Positions 1 through 10,208 of a DNA stretch of 64,000 bases are shown in pieces. This DNA comes from Chamaesiphon sp. (GTDB lineage Bacteria > Cyanobacteriota > Cyanobacteriia > Cyanobacteriales > Chamaesiphonaceae). The notes beneath the pieces were generated by a model that saw only the letters and a list, made by a program, of their open reading frames with translations, was not told the origin of the DNA and searched no databases. Position 1 is the stretch's first letter. Each line of letters begins with the position of its first letter. The DNA lies in NCBI GenBank assembly GCA_965246715.1, contig CBDFFH010000044.1, positions 1-64,000 of the forward strand, written 5' to 3'. The position numbers and the translations under genes were made by a program.

Positions 1-381
1 ATTTACTAAGCCAGTTTTTAACTGCCAATTCTTCTGAAAATACGCCCAAGCCTGACGTGCCACGAGCATTTCGGCGGGGGTTAAGGTGCTGGCACCTCGA
101 TCTAATACAGAGAGTCTGGCTAACATCTCGGCTGGTGGTACGGGTACGCCCGCAGCAGTCATCGATCGCTCGTCGAGATTCGCTCCGAGTTGTGTTTGTG
201 GCTTCATCGCACCATCATTGGGGATGAAGAGCGGCGATTTAGCTGTCACTGAGGCATTGGTTTGATGGCGATGACTGGATAAGTTTTCGAGTCCGAAGAT
301 CGCGGCAATGACCGTGATGACACCACCTACAGCAGAAAGTATCGACCAACCCAATGGCGGTGGCTTAAAATCAGAACTCAT
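1..381 (-). CDS. DUF3131-like protein, N-terminal part (runs off window start)
   Basis: Hand translation from ATG at 381: MSSDFKPPPLGWSILSAVGGVITVIAAIFG...ARQAWAYFQKNWQLKTGLVN; 'A..AW.YF..N....TGLVN' resembles the DUF3131 N-terminus. Not in the ORF track. Confidence 0.65.
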   Translation of the reverse strand, partial: MSSDFKPPPLGWSILSAVGGVITVIAAIFGLENLSSHRHQTNASVTAKSPLFIPNDGAMKPQTQLGANLDERSMTAAGVPVPPAEMLARLSVLDRGASTLTPAEMLVARQAWAYFQKNWQLKTGLVN

Positions 382-599
382 GGCTTGTTTTTGCAGAGAC
401 TTTATTTGCCTTAATATGCCCAGTAAATTTAATAAAATCTACACATATGACAAATCGATCGTGCCGCTCGCTCCGAGCATTAAGTTGGCATAGAGATTAG
501 CAAACTACCCACGGCTCGCTACCGTGCTGCCATCAAACCCACATTCGGCTATATTAGAGAATTAAATTATGGAAGCTCAATGATAGCGAGATTGCATTG

Positions 600-715
600 A
601 TGTCATCATCACTGCAACAATCAGCGTAGACAATCTAGATCGTCTGGGCATAGTTGCAGGCTCGATCGCTGAAATCGACATCATCGATCTTCTAAATCAA
701 AGACTAGGCATAATA
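600..715 (+). pseudogene. IS1634-family (DUF4277) transposase N-terminal remnant
   Basis: Frameshifted fragment reads ISVDNLDRLGIVAGSIAEIDIIDLLNQRLG, matching the typical 'NLDHLGIVAGIIDEIGIVE.IN..LG' start. Confidence 0.6.
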
Positions 716-740
716 TGGGCATTGACATTCGATCGAAAAC

Positions 741-761
741 CTTAACTTGTCACAGATGGGT
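741..761. mobile_element. Solo IS4-family terminal inverted repeat
   Basis: CTTAACTTGTCACAGATGGG closely matches the IS end CTTAACTTGTCACAAATCGGG at 44156-44176. Confidence 0.55.
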
Positions 762-816
762 TCCATCATCCAGGATTGCTAAGATAACAATATCCTCACC
801 ATAAGTTTAGAAGTAC

Positions 817-2127
817 ATGCAAGCAGAATATCGCCAGCGTCGGGAACAGTTTATGTCCAAAATTGGTAATGGCACCGCGATCGTCGGTAGCGCACCAATG
901 GCAGTCATGCACAATGATGTCGAATACACCTACCGTCAAGATAGTGATTTTTACTACCTCACCGGCTTTAACGAACCTAACGCTGTCATCGTTCTCTCCC
1001 CCAGTCACCCCGAACACAAATTTATCCTCTTCGTCCAACCCAAAGAACGCGAAAAAGAAATCTGGACGGGTTATCGCGTTGGTGTCGATGCTGCAAAGGC
1101 TCAATACGGCGCAGACGAAGCTTATTTAATTAGCGAACTCGACGAAAAACTCCCTCAATACTTAGAGAAATCTGACAAAATCTACTATCACATGGGACGA
1201 GATAAATCCCTCAACGATAAAGTAGTCACCCACTGGCAACGCCTGCTTAGAAGCTATGGGAAGCGTGGTACAGGGCCGATCTCGATCGAAGATCCCTTCC
1301 TCACCCTCCACCCGCTCCGGATGATCAAGAGCGAATCCGAACTAGCGCTGATGCGCCAAGCTGCGGACATTGCCGCGATCGCGCACAACCACGCCCGCAA
1401 ATTTGCCAAACCGGGCATCAACGAATACCAAGTCGCCGCTGAAATCGAATACATTTTCAACAAAAATGGCGCAATGGGCGTAGCTTACCCCTCGATCGTC
1501 GCCACCGGAGCCAATGCTTGCGTCCTGCACTATATCGAGAATAACAGCGTCCTCCAAGATGGCGATCTTCTGCTAATCGACGCAGGTTGTGCGGTTGGTT
1601 ACTACAACTCTGATGTCACCCGCACCTTCCCCGTCAACGGTAAATTCACCACCGAACAAAAAATCATTTACGAACTAGTCCTCGATGCCCAAATGGCTTC
1701 GATCGAGCAAGTCAAACCGGGCACTACCTGGAAAGACTTCCACCATACCTCTGTCCAAATCATCACCGAAGGCTTGGTTCAGCTCGAACTGCTCTGCGGT
1801 GCTGTCGCCACGCTAATCGAAGAAGAGAAATACAAGAACTTTTATATGCATGGCACTGGACACTGGCTGGGCTTGGATGTCCACGATATGGGGACATATA
1901 TGCTCGGTGCCGATACTTGGTACCAATTCCAACCTGGCAACGTCATCACCGTCGAACCTGGCATCTATATCTCACCGGATATCGAAGCAGCGGAAGGACA
2001 ACCGAAAATTGATGATTGTTGGAAAGGAATCGGGGTGAGAATCGAGGATGATGTCTTGGTTACGGCAACTGGAAATGAGGTGTTGACTGCTGCTGTGCCG
2101 AAATTTGTAGAAGATATCGAATACTAA
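817..2127 (+). CDS. pepP: Xaa-Pro aminopeptidase (M24B)
   Basis: YRQDSDFYYLTGF, LLIDAG, DVTRTFP, HGTGHWLGLDVHD, TVEPGIY, GVRIEDD motifs. Confidence 0.95.
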   Translation: MQAEYRQRREQFMSKIGNGTAIVGSAPMAVMHNDVEYTYRQDSDFYYLTGFNEPNAVIVLSPSHPEHKFILFVQPKEREKEIWTGYRVGVDAAKAQYGADEAYLISELDEKLPQYLEKSDKIYYHMGRDKSLNDKVVTHWQRLLRSYGKRGTGPISIEDPFLTLHPLRMIKSESELALMRQAADIAAIAHNHARKFAKPGINEYQVAAEIEYIFNKNGAMGVAYPSIVATGANACVLHYIENNSVLQDGDLLLIDAGCAVGYYNSDVTRTFPVNGKFTTEQKIIYELVLDAQMASIEQVKPGTTWKDFHHTSVQIITEGLVQLELLCGAVATLIEEEKYKNFYMHGTGHWLGLDVHDMGTYMLGADTWYQFQPGNVITVEPGIYISPDIEAAEGQPKIDDCWKGIGVRIEDDVLVTATGNEVLTAAVPKFVEDIEY

Positions 2128-2250
2128 CTAAAAGTGCTGGTGGGCAATATTCATCAGCAATTATTGTTCTGTTTGTGTGATGGAGAGGTCTTGCTTTTTC
2201 AATAGGATACAACAATAGATAATATTAGAATATAGCAATAATTAATAATT

Positions 2251-2841
2251 ATGCAATCCTTAGAAGCCAGCCCGCTGTTAGTCGATACCAGCCGCATCAC
2301 CCTTCGGCACATCACTCACGAAGAGTTTGAGCTACTGTGCCAAGACAACCCAGATTTGAGATTGGAGCTAACAGCTAATGGAGAATTAGTCACGATGTCA
2401 CCAGCCGGATACGAAAGTTCAGAGAAAAATGGCGATCTAATTGCTGATGTTATTATTTGGAACCGGAAAACTAAACAAGGAAGAGTTTTTGACTCTTCTG
2501 GTGGCTTCACTCTGCCTAATGGGGCAATTAAATCGCCGGATGTGACCTGGATTGAAAAATCTAAACTTACCGATATTCCTGCGGGTGTTAAATTTCCTTT
2601 AGTAGTTCCTGATTTTGTAGTCGAACTTAGATCCCAATCAGATATCCTAAAAATTACCCAATCAAAGATGGAAGAGTATCGTACCAACGGCGTACGCTTG
2701 GGATGGTTAATTAATCCGCAACAGCAACAGGTAGAAATCTACAGACTAGGACAAGAAAAAGAAGTCCTACAGTCTCCGATGACTCTGAGTGGTGAAGATG
2801 TATTGCGGGGATTCGTCCTCGACTTGAGTTCGATTTGGTAA
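2251..2841 (+). CDS. Uma2 family (DUF820) endonuclease-like protein
   Basis: FDSSGGFTLPNGAIKSPDVTW, PDFVVELRS, KMEEYRTNGVRLGWLI. Confidence 0.92.
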   Translation: MQSLEASPLLVDTSRITLRHITHEEFELLCQDNPDLRLELTANGELVTMSPAGYESSEKNGDLIADVIIWNRKTKQGRVFDSSGGFTLPNGAIKSPDVTWIEKSKLTDIPAGVKFPLVVPDFVVELRSQSDILKITQSKMEEYRTNGVRLGWLINPQQQQVEIYRLGQEKEVLQSPMTLSGEDVLRGFVLDLSSIW

Positions 2842-2847
2842 AAATTC

Positions 2848-3441
2848 TTGTCAAAAGATTCAGAAATCACCCAAAAACTTGCTATGTCTAATCTTTCCAC
2901 TCAAGAGACAGCAGACCTGACCAAATTTTTTCGCCTCACTATTGGTAGTGAAATGTCTCAAATCGAGATTGATGAAGCACTCGAATATGTGGCATCTGCA
3001 TCAACCAATTCAGAGTACGGTTACATTTCTGAATATCAACATCATCCCGATGTACTTAAAAGTCTGTTGAGAACCACTGCTGTCGTTGATTGGCTGGATG
3101 ACGAAGGTCTGTTGGTCAAATCCGATAAAATAGATGAATTTCACGAGCGAGTCAGCGACCTCTTTGACGATTCTCTTCCGCCTTTTTCTACCTGGTGGGA
3201 TAATTCCGCCGATCGGACACATACGGACTATTATGCTTGGCTCGACAAAATAGTCTCAGAGCTAGGCGACAAAGCGCATGGCGGTTATGAGCTACTCAGC
3301 CTCGATCCTGGGCGCGATGACAACCAACACGCCATCGCCGTCGAACGCAGCGATACCGATCGAATTCTCCTACTCGGTCGAGGACTTAGTATTCGGATCG
3401 ATCGACTCAAAAGTCCATCAGAACTCTGGTGGTGGATGTAA
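2848..3441 (+). CDS. Hypothetical protein (possibly DUF6630-like)
   Basis: 197-aa acidic ORF directly after Uma2; ATG alternative at 2884; C-terminal 'GYELLSLDPGRDD' loosely resembles DUF6630. Confidence 0.55.
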   Translation: MSKDSEITQKLAMSNLSTQETADLTKFFRLTIGSEMSQIEIDEALEYVASASTNSEYGYISEYQHHPDVLKSLLRTTAVVDWLDDEGLLVKSDKIDEFHERVSDLFDDSLPPFSTWWDNSADRTHTDYYAWLDKIVSELGDKAHGGYELLSLDPGRDDNQHAIAVERSDTDRILLLGRGLSIRIDRLKSPSELWWWM

Positions 3442-3544
3442 TACCATTTTGGATTTTGGATTGGGAAAACCTTGTATAACTATAAGTTGGAGCTGCCCTT
3501 TCAAGCCCATCGGCTACTCAATTTAAAATTAAAAGTTGTTCGTC

Positions 3545-4369
3545 TCAAACCAAATCTAGCTTGTATTTATACAAAGCTACTGGGACATCTCGTGCTTTAA
3601 AATAGTCAGGATCTTGTGGGGAAAGATAGATGGCTGAGATTTGAGTTGCCGTAATTTTTGGAATGGGTGTGGGTGAAAATTGATAAATAGTTGTAGTTTC
3701 GACAATATTTAGATAGATAGTAGAATCGCTCCGAAATACTTGTTGGGAGACTTCAGTGGCGATAAAATTATTTGCGCTGGGAATTTCTCGATCGAATCCC
3801 GTTACAAATGAAACTAATTGTCGATCTTGAGTGAGCTGGGTAATCTGGCGGGTGGGATTTTGCGGATCGACTTTGACCGACTTGACATTAACTTTACCTA
3901 AATAAGCAGCGGCAATATTTAAACCATTAAACGCTCGATCGGCAACGATTTCTGCTGGAGTCGATCGAGTCTTCAGTTGCGGGAAATTAAGTAACGAAGA
4001 TTGGGGGGCTAGCTGGGGATTTTGAGGAATAAATTGGACACTAAACTCGATCGGTCGGTCGAGATTTTTACGATTACCTTCAAAGCCAGGAGTCATCAAA
4101 TCTGGGGCTAATGGTGCTATCTGTTCCAGTAGGGTGCTAGTCGCCACCCAACTTCCTTCAAACCACTTAGGATAGGTTAGTTCGCCTTTGTGCTGAGCGA
4201 ATTGTGTTTGATGCCAATCAGGGTATCGAGCAATTCGATCGCTCAATAATCCCGCCATCGCAGCTTGACTACTCCAACACCAAATGACGATCGCGCCAAT
4301 CCAGCTTAAAACTCTCACTCCTAACCTCAACATAGCTTCCAAATTTGACCAAAAATTTAGAGCGTCCAC
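3545..4369 (-). CDS. Conserved cyanobacterial exported protein (DUF6816-like)
   Basis: Signal peptide; YPKWFEGSW, ADRAFNG, YLSPQDPDYF; true start may be ATG 4333. Confidence 0.75.
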   Translation of the reverse strand: MDALNFWSNLEAMLRLGVRVLSWIGAIVIWCWSSQAAMAGLLSDRIARYPDWHQTQFAQHKGELTYPKWFEGSWVATSTLLEQIAPLAPDLMTPGFEGNRKNLDRPIEFSVQFIPQNPQLAPQSSLLNFPQLKTRSTPAEIVADRAFNGLNIAAAYLGKVNVKSVKVDPQNPTRQITQLTQDRQLVSFVTGFDREIPSANNFIATEVSQQVFRSDSTIYLNIVETTTIYQFSPTPIPKITATQISAIYLSPQDPDYFKARDVPVALYKYKLDLV

Positions 4370-4408
4370 CTGTTACAGCCAGATAGACGCTCATCTCAAA
4401 GCTCGTGC

Positions 4409-4573
4409 TTAATGGAGTCCAAAGCTATTGAAACTATTCAAAATTGCGCCAGTTAGCGGTGCCGGAGCAGCCAGATCGGTCGGCAAGAAGATCCGCGCAC
4501 TTACGGCGACTAGTGCAAATAGGAAGACAAAGAAGATTAGCAGCGGGCCGATATTTTGGCGGAAGAAGGTCAT
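4409..4573 (-). CDS. Small membrane protein, 54 aa
   Basis: Hand translation MTFFRQNIGPLLIFFVFLFALVAVSARIFLPTDLAAPAPLTGAILNSFNSFGLH; single TM helix, resembles a conserved small cyanobacterial protein; below ORF-track cutoff. Confidence 0.7.
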   Translation of the reverse strand: MTFFRQNIGPLLIFFVFLFALVAVSARIFLPTDLAAPAPLTGAILNSFNSFGLH

Positions 4574-4769
4574 AATAAGTTCGGAATTGATAAGTCGCAG
4601 TTGAATCTCGATCGCTGTGATAGTGGTGCAAAGGCCAGCGATCGAATGTAACGGAACATTTCCTATTCTAACGTGAGTTCTGGTTAAGGCATTCGTGACA
4701 AGTTACCGCTAAATCGCAATTGTCAAGTAGGTTTCTCGCTCTCTCGATCGATCGCCAGATTTAGAGCGC

Positions 4770-4965
4770 TTTTCAAGACAGCGACTGAAGAAGACAGTAC
4801 GGGCTTCCTGCTCTGGCAGATCGTTCATTTGTGGCAACGTCAAGTTGAATCTGCTTTGACAAAGTTTGATATCACTCACTTCCAGTTTGTTTCGGCTCCA
4901 GCATGATTTCGTTGGTGCAAGATCTGATTTGGAGAATCGAACACCTCGAAGACCTCAAATGGGTT
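4770..4965 (+). pseudogene. MarR-family regulator remnant
   Basis: EEDSTGFLLWQIVHLWQRQVESALTKFDITHFQFV followed by an early stop; no start codon or complete HTH. Confidence 0.6.
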
Positions 4966-4996
4966 CTATAGTAAATGTATGTAAAAGCATTCCCCT

Positions 4997-6499
4997 TTGA
5001 AGACAGAAGCCACGTCCTCGGTAGTAAGTGCCAACTTTATTACCAGGGTGAGGCAGATCGCTTATCCCTATCAACCAGAAACCTTGCAGAAAGCCATGCT
5101 CGATCCGACGCTCGCAGTATGCCCCGACCCGACAGCCACAACCAAAGTAGCCCGAGGTGTCAGCGGATCGGTACGCCAAAGCTTGCAAGCTTCAACTGTT
5201 GATGGTGGTTTGGCGGCGGTGTTTAGTAATATTACAGGGGGCATTTTACTCAGTAATTTTTTGCTCGATCTGGGAGCTAGCTCGGTCGAGATCGGCATGG
5301 TGGCCTCATTACCAATGCTGACAAATCTGCTACAACCGTTAGGTGCATTATTATCCAATCGCACCACCAGCCGCCATAACTATGGGATTTGGATGTTTCT
5401 ACCATCGCGGTTGGTATGGTTATTATTACTGGTGGGAATTATTTTTGTCCATCGCCATCAGGGCATCACTCGCCAATTAGTATTTTTAACATTGGCTCTA
5501 GTATTTATTTCCAATCTGCTCGCAGCTTTGGGTAGCGCCTCGTGGATGAGTTGGTTGGCGGCATTGGTACCACCGAGGTTGCGCGGACGGTACTATAGCA
5601 TTCGGAATATCATCAGCAATCTTGCCAATCTCCTCTGTTTGCCCATCGCCAGTTTCATGGTGGCAAATTGGCAAGGTAGCGAGCTGGCTGGCTATGGCAT
5701 CGTACTGGGGATCGGGATCTTGTCAGGACTGGCTAGCTTGGGGTGTCAGCACTTTATGATCGATATCGATCCGCAAGCCTATATCGAGCCAGAACAGCAT
5801 GAGTCACTACTAGTAGGTTTAACGGCGGCGCTCAAAGATCCCAACCTGGTGATGTTTCTGCTGTACTTCGCCCTCTGGGGATTTGCGGTCAATCTCAGTA
5901 CGCCATTTTTTAATCTGTACATGCTAGATAATCTGGAAGTAGATATTACGTGGGTAACTTTATTTAGCAGTATTTACACCGGTGCCAACATGCTGATGAT
6001 GTTGGTGTGGGGACGTTTGAGCGATCGATTTGGCAATCGGCCGATCTTGCTCTGTGCGGGAATCGCGGTCGCCATCATCCCCCTATTCTGGCTATTGACT
6101 GGGTTCGAGCAAGTTCGATCGCAGCTATGGATCTATTTATCTGTGTTTCATCTGATTTTCGGTGGGATGTGGTCGGCGATCGATCTGTGCAACAATAATC
6201 TCCAAATCGGCATTACCCCCATCCAGCATCATGCTACCTTCTTTGCGATCGTCGCGGCGGTCGCAGGTGTCAGCGGTGCTTTAGGCACGACTGTCGGCGG
6301 TTTCTTGGTTCAGTCTGACCTGTATGAGGGCATTTTGGGGGTATTTTCGCTGTCGGCAATGCTACGATTAGTCGCCCTAATTCCATTAATATTTGTCGAT
6401 GAGCAGCGAGCTGTGACTCCTTCAGCAGCTCGATTATTGCTGGTAAATGCCGCTCCCCAACTGGGAATAGCATTAGCAGACAAGGAAACAGATCGTTAA
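4997..6499 (+). CDS. MFS transporter
   Basis: ~12 hydrophobic segments, WGRLSDRFGNRPIL motif A; start possibly ATG 5096. Confidence 0.88.
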   Translation: MKTEATSSVVSANFITRVRQIAYPYQPETLQKAMLDPTLAVCPDPTATTKVARGVSGSVRQSLQASTVDGGLAAVFSNITGGILLSNFLLDLGASSVEIGMVASLPMLTNLLQPLGALLSNRTTSRHNYGIWMFLPSRLVWLLLLVGIIFVHRHQGITRQLVFLTLALVFISNLLAALGSASWMSWLAALVPPRLRGRYYSIRNIISNLANLLCLPIASFMVANWQGSELAGYGIVLGIGILSGLASLGCQHFMIDIDPQAYIEPEQHESLLVGLTAALKDPNLVMFLLYFALWGFAVNLSTPFFNLYMLDNLEVDITWVTLFSSIYTGANMLMMLVWGRLSDRFGNRPILLCAGIAVAIIPLFWLLTGFEQVRSQLWIYLSVFHLIFGGMWSAIDLCNNNLQIGITPIQHHATFFAIVAAVAGVSGALGTTVGGFLVQSDLYEGILGVFSLSAMLRLVALIPLIFVDEQRAVTPSAARLLLVNAAPQLGIALADKETDR

Positions 6500-6651
6500 C
6501 GATTGCTGTCTCGATCTACAGCGCCAACTCTTACTAATCGCTCCAGTATTAGAGCTAAGCCCGCACGAATCGACGATCTGTGCGGGTAAAATGTAGTTGC
6601 TTTGCTACCAGCAATTTTGACCATCCCCGCAGCTACCCAAATCGATCGTGT

Positions 6652-8532
6652 ATGAATTATCTGAGATTTTCGCTGGCTGTTATTGCCATATTCGCTAACT
6701 TTTATCCACTGCTGTTCCCAGAAATAGCTCGATCGAATCCCACCGTAAATCCACCAATTCCAGCGAGTACGTCGAGCGACAAAATTAGGCAATCCCCACA
6801 GCCGAATAATCCGAGCGCTACACCAACTTTCGTCAGCAAAGGCACCGAAATTTTTTTCAATGGTAAAACTTTAACTATTCCGTGGGCACAGTGGCAAGTC
6901 GGCACTAGTCTGCGATTGGGGATTAGCGATACGGTGATGGCCCAACAGTTAGGAATCGAACTTTTTAATAATAGTAACTATGCCAACCAACCGATCGATT
7001 GGTATGCCACTCAACCAAATAGACGCACTAATTTAGTAGCAAAGCTCAGTCAGCAATATCGCTATCTAGACATCACCGAGCTGGCGAGAAATAGCAATTG
7101 GCAGTGGCAACTAGTCGGCGGTAAACTGCAACTCAATACCCCAGCAACAACAGTAATTAACGTCCAGCGCCAAACAGCTCCGAACAATGGCAAAATTACA
7201 GTCACATTAACCCGTCATACCCCTTGGAAACTCAGTCAAACACCGACAGAAGGTTATCTGACGATCGAAGCAACTGCCGATCCGGCGTTACTCGCACAAT
7301 TTAACGCCCCGCCGCCAATAATCGATAATAATCTCGATCCCGCCGACGATCCGACCGCCCAAAAATTAGCATATAAAGTTACCAGTAATAACAACCAAAC
7401 GATCGTCCAATTTCCGATCGTCAAAGGCCAACGCGCGCGGGCAAAATTATTAGCGCCGACCACCCTGGAAATAAGTATCGATGCCAATCTCGCAAATATT
7501 CCCGATCGCGAAATAAATTGGGCACCAGGCTTGAAATGGCGGCAAAAATGGGTGAAATTAGGTGTCAATAATTTCCCCGTTACCTATCTCGAAATCGATC
7601 CGCGTCAAAAGGGGATCAAGCTCAGTCCTATGCTGGCCTTAGACCCAAATTTAGTGGGTACCAACCATCTGATTAAATCCGTTCCCCAAACTCAATTTGT
7701 GGCAGCCATCAATGGTGGCTATTTCAATCGCAACAATCGGCTGCCGCTCGGCGCGCTCAAACGTGATGGTAAATGGTTGTCCAGTCCGATTTTAAATCGT
7801 GGCGCGATCGGGTGGAACGATCGCGGCCAAATCCGGATCGCCCGCTTGCAGATGAATGAAACCATCAATACATCCAAGGGCGAACGCCTGCCGATCCTCA
7901 CGCTCAATAGCGGTTACGTGCAGTCGGGTATCGGCAGATATACTACCGCTTGGGGCACAACCTACAGCCCGATTCAAGCGAATGAACTAATCGCGATCGT
8001 TCAACAAGATAAAGTCACCCAAATCTTGCCAGGAAACGCTGCTGGTAGCATTAACGTTCCGATTCCAGCGAATGGATATCTCCTGGCCTTACGCGGGCAA
8101 CCCGAGCTGTCTGGGAGTATCCCGATCGGGACGCTACTTACCCTCCAGCGTCAACTTACCCCACCCGATCTCGACACCTATCCCCACATTGTCGCTGCTG
8201 GCCCGTGGTTGGTGCAAAGTGGCAAAATCGTCCTAGACGCTAAAATTGAAAACTTTGGCGCAGCATTTAGTAAAGAATCTGCCGCTCGCAGCGCAATCGC
8301 TAGTACCGCCACAGGTAATATTATCCTGGTTGCCGTCCACGATCGCGCCGGCGGTAAAGGCCCTACCCTGGCAGAAATGGCACAGCTCATCCAACAACTG
8401 GGTGCGGTCGATGCGCTCAATCTCGACGGTGGGAGTTCCACTAGTCTCTATCTTGGCGGACAATTAATCAATCGTGCCTCGGCTACCGCCGCCCGAGTAC
8501 ATAATGCGATCGGGATTTCGATCGAGCCGTAA
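6652..8532 (+). CDS. Phosphodiester glycosidase (NAGPA-like) family secreted protein
   Basis: AAINGGYF, ARSAIA, ALNLDGGSST; signal peptide from ATG 6652. Confidence 0.88.
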   Translation: MNYLRFSLAVIAIFANFYPLLFPEIARSNPTVNPPIPASTSSDKIRQSPQPNNPSATPTFVSKGTEIFFNGKTLTIPWAQWQVGTSLRLGISDTVMAQQLGIELFNNSNYANQPIDWYATQPNRRTNLVAKLSQQYRYLDITELARNSNWQWQLVGGKLQLNTPATTVINVQRQTAPNNGKITVTLTRHTPWKLSQTPTEGYLTIEATADPALLAQFNAPPPIIDNNLDPADDPTAQKLAYKVTSNNNQTIVQFPIVKGQRARAKLLAPTTLEISIDANLANIPDREINWAPGLKWRQKWVKLGVNNFPVTYLEIDPRQKGIKLSPMLALDPNLVGTNHLIKSVPQTQFVAAINGGYFNRNNRLPLGALKRDGKWLSSPILNRGAIGWNDRGQIRIARLQMNETINTSKGERLPILTLNSGYVQSGIGRYTTAWGTTYSPIQANELIAIVQQDKVTQILPGNAAGSINVPIPANGYLLALRGQPELSGSIPIGTLLTLQRQLTPPDLDTYPHIVAAGPWLVQSGKIVLDAKIENFGAAFSKESAARSAIASTATGNIILVAVHDRAGGKGPTLAEMAQLIQQLGAVDALNLDGGSSTSLYLGGQLINRASATAARVHNAIGISIEP

Positions 8533-8554
8533 CATCCATCGCTAGTAACAGCGC

Positions 8555-8592
8555 AAAAAAAGGCGGTCGTTAACTCGTAACGATCGCCTTTT
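8555..8592. terminator. Likely bidirectional intrinsic terminator
   Basis: A7-GGCGGTCGTTA...TAACGATCGCC-T4 between the convergent NAGPA gene and the sRNA candidate. Confidence 0.7.
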
Positions 8593-8701
8593 AAATTTAA
8601 AACCCCGATTTCCCTTAGTAATAGAGATGTGAGAACCACATTACTAAAAAAATATTCTTGAATGTTAGTTGCTGGATTTATTCACAGAACTAACCTCATG
8701 T
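8555..8701 (-). ncRNA. Putative sRNA, copy 1 of a paralogous pair
   Basis: Similar to 9667-9814; three hairpins ending in a terminator stem plus U7; -10-like TATCTT upstream. Confidence 0.55.
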
Positions 8702-8886
8702 CCTAAAGATAACTCCACTCCAAGGAGATCGGCATCAGCCATTTATCGTTCTTTATCGATTGCTTGGCAATAGTTAATACCCGAGCCGGATATCTCACGA
8801 TCGGAGAATAACATTAGCGGTTGTCTCTGGTTGCCGAAAAACTGCCAGAGTAGCAGGTACTCTGGCAATTAAAACTAGTTATTCAG

Positions 8887-9176
8887 TTATTTAACTCAAG
8901 TTGCTACCTAGAAATGCCTACGATTGTGTCTTGAAAAGGTGCTCTACTTGGGGAAACCCCAAGACCTACTGGTCTAATGGTCGGCGAGCCGACCAAAAGG
9001 CTAGCCGACCAAATGCACTTTTCGCAAATCGCGGCTATTGATGCAAAGTCCGGTTGTTGCCGCGAGCGGCAAAAGCCTGCCTACGCGGACTAGTTAATCA
9101 GTCCGAAGGCGGACCTTGCACTATGAGCAGCGGTTTCTAACCGCTGAGGTTAGAGGTAGCAACTTATGTTATTTAA
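8887..9176. mobile_element. MITE-like element containing nested short repeats
   Basis: Ends TAACTCAAGTTGCTACCT / AGGTAGCAACTTATGTTA; interior holds several hairpins, including a copy of the 17375-17457 repeat. Confidence 0.55.
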
Positions 9177-9229
9177 TGCATCGATTCGGCCCAAATTCAT
9201 GTAGCTAAAACGTCTGGGGAGAGATCGGG

Positions 9230-9442
9230 TTAGCGATTTTGACCGATGGCATAGTGGCTGGTGACCCGAGCCTGAGTGTTGTGACCGACGACTGTGGTGT
9301 TTTTAACAGCAGCAGGAATGGTTGCGGGATAGCTGGCGGGAACTTGAGAGAGGAAGTTAGCAAAGATTCCCAGCACTAGAATAAAGAGGGAAAAGCGAGG
9401 AATCGCAAATTTGTGAGTAGAAACGGTAGACATCTGCAACAT
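9230..9442 (-). CDS. Small secreted or membrane-anchored hypothetical protein (70 aa)
   Basis: GGAG RBS upstream; hydrophobic stretch FSLFILVLGIFANFL. Confidence 0.55.
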   Translation of the reverse strand: MLQMSTVSTHKFAIPRFSLFILVLGIFANFLSQVPASYPATIPAAVKNTTVVGHNTQARVTSHYAIGQNR

Positions 9443-9666
9443 AATTATTCTCCGTAAGTGAATTAATTGGCGTTGTCCGAAGGTGCTATAAACTAAACAG
9501 CTCTTGAATTATTCCAGAAACTTCTACGGAGAAATTTCCAGAGCTGATTGTAGAATCGTTACAAGCTCAAGCTGGAGAGCGAACGTGCGACCTTAAGGGG
9601 ATATTATGACATTGTTTGCTAATATAAACAACCACAAAAATTGCGATCTGATATTACAGCGAGCGC

Positions 9667-9814
9667 AAAAAAATGTCGATCGTTAACGAGCTAACGATCG
9701 ACAGTAACAATAAACCCCCGGATTTCTCTTAGTAATAGAGATGTGAGACCAGCATTACTAAAAAATATTGTTGAAAGTCAGTTGCTTACTTAACTAGCAA
9801 ACCCAACCTCATGT
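9667..9814 (-). ncRNA. Putative sRNA, copy 2
   Basis: Shares ACATGAGGTT 5' end, TAGTAATG...TCTCACATCTCTATTACTAAG hairpin and terminator with copy 1. Confidence 0.55.
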
Positions 9815-10208
9815 CCCTAAGATAACTCGGTGACTTCGATCGCGACATCAGCCATTTATCTAGTCATCGAACACGCTGCCGATCGGGAAAAAAGATTCAA
9901 CAAAAATTTATTTGTGAAGTAATATGGTCAGTAAATGCTCCGATGATACGCAGCTAAAACGGTGGATGCGTCACACTCGTTCAAGCTTGGGATAAATGGC
10001 CGACCTCACTTAATAGATTAAATCTCACCGATATTAGCGCCAAAGCTATTGAGGTCAATGGCTGTGATAGGTAATACAGGAGTGCGAAGTATACACCATA
10101 CAATCGGTATATTTAGCGATTCGGAACATCTACCTCCTTTGGTAAAGTTATTAGTGAGAGGTCGCTAAATAAACGGCGTAATTCGATCTTCCCATCATTT
10201 CTAAACTT

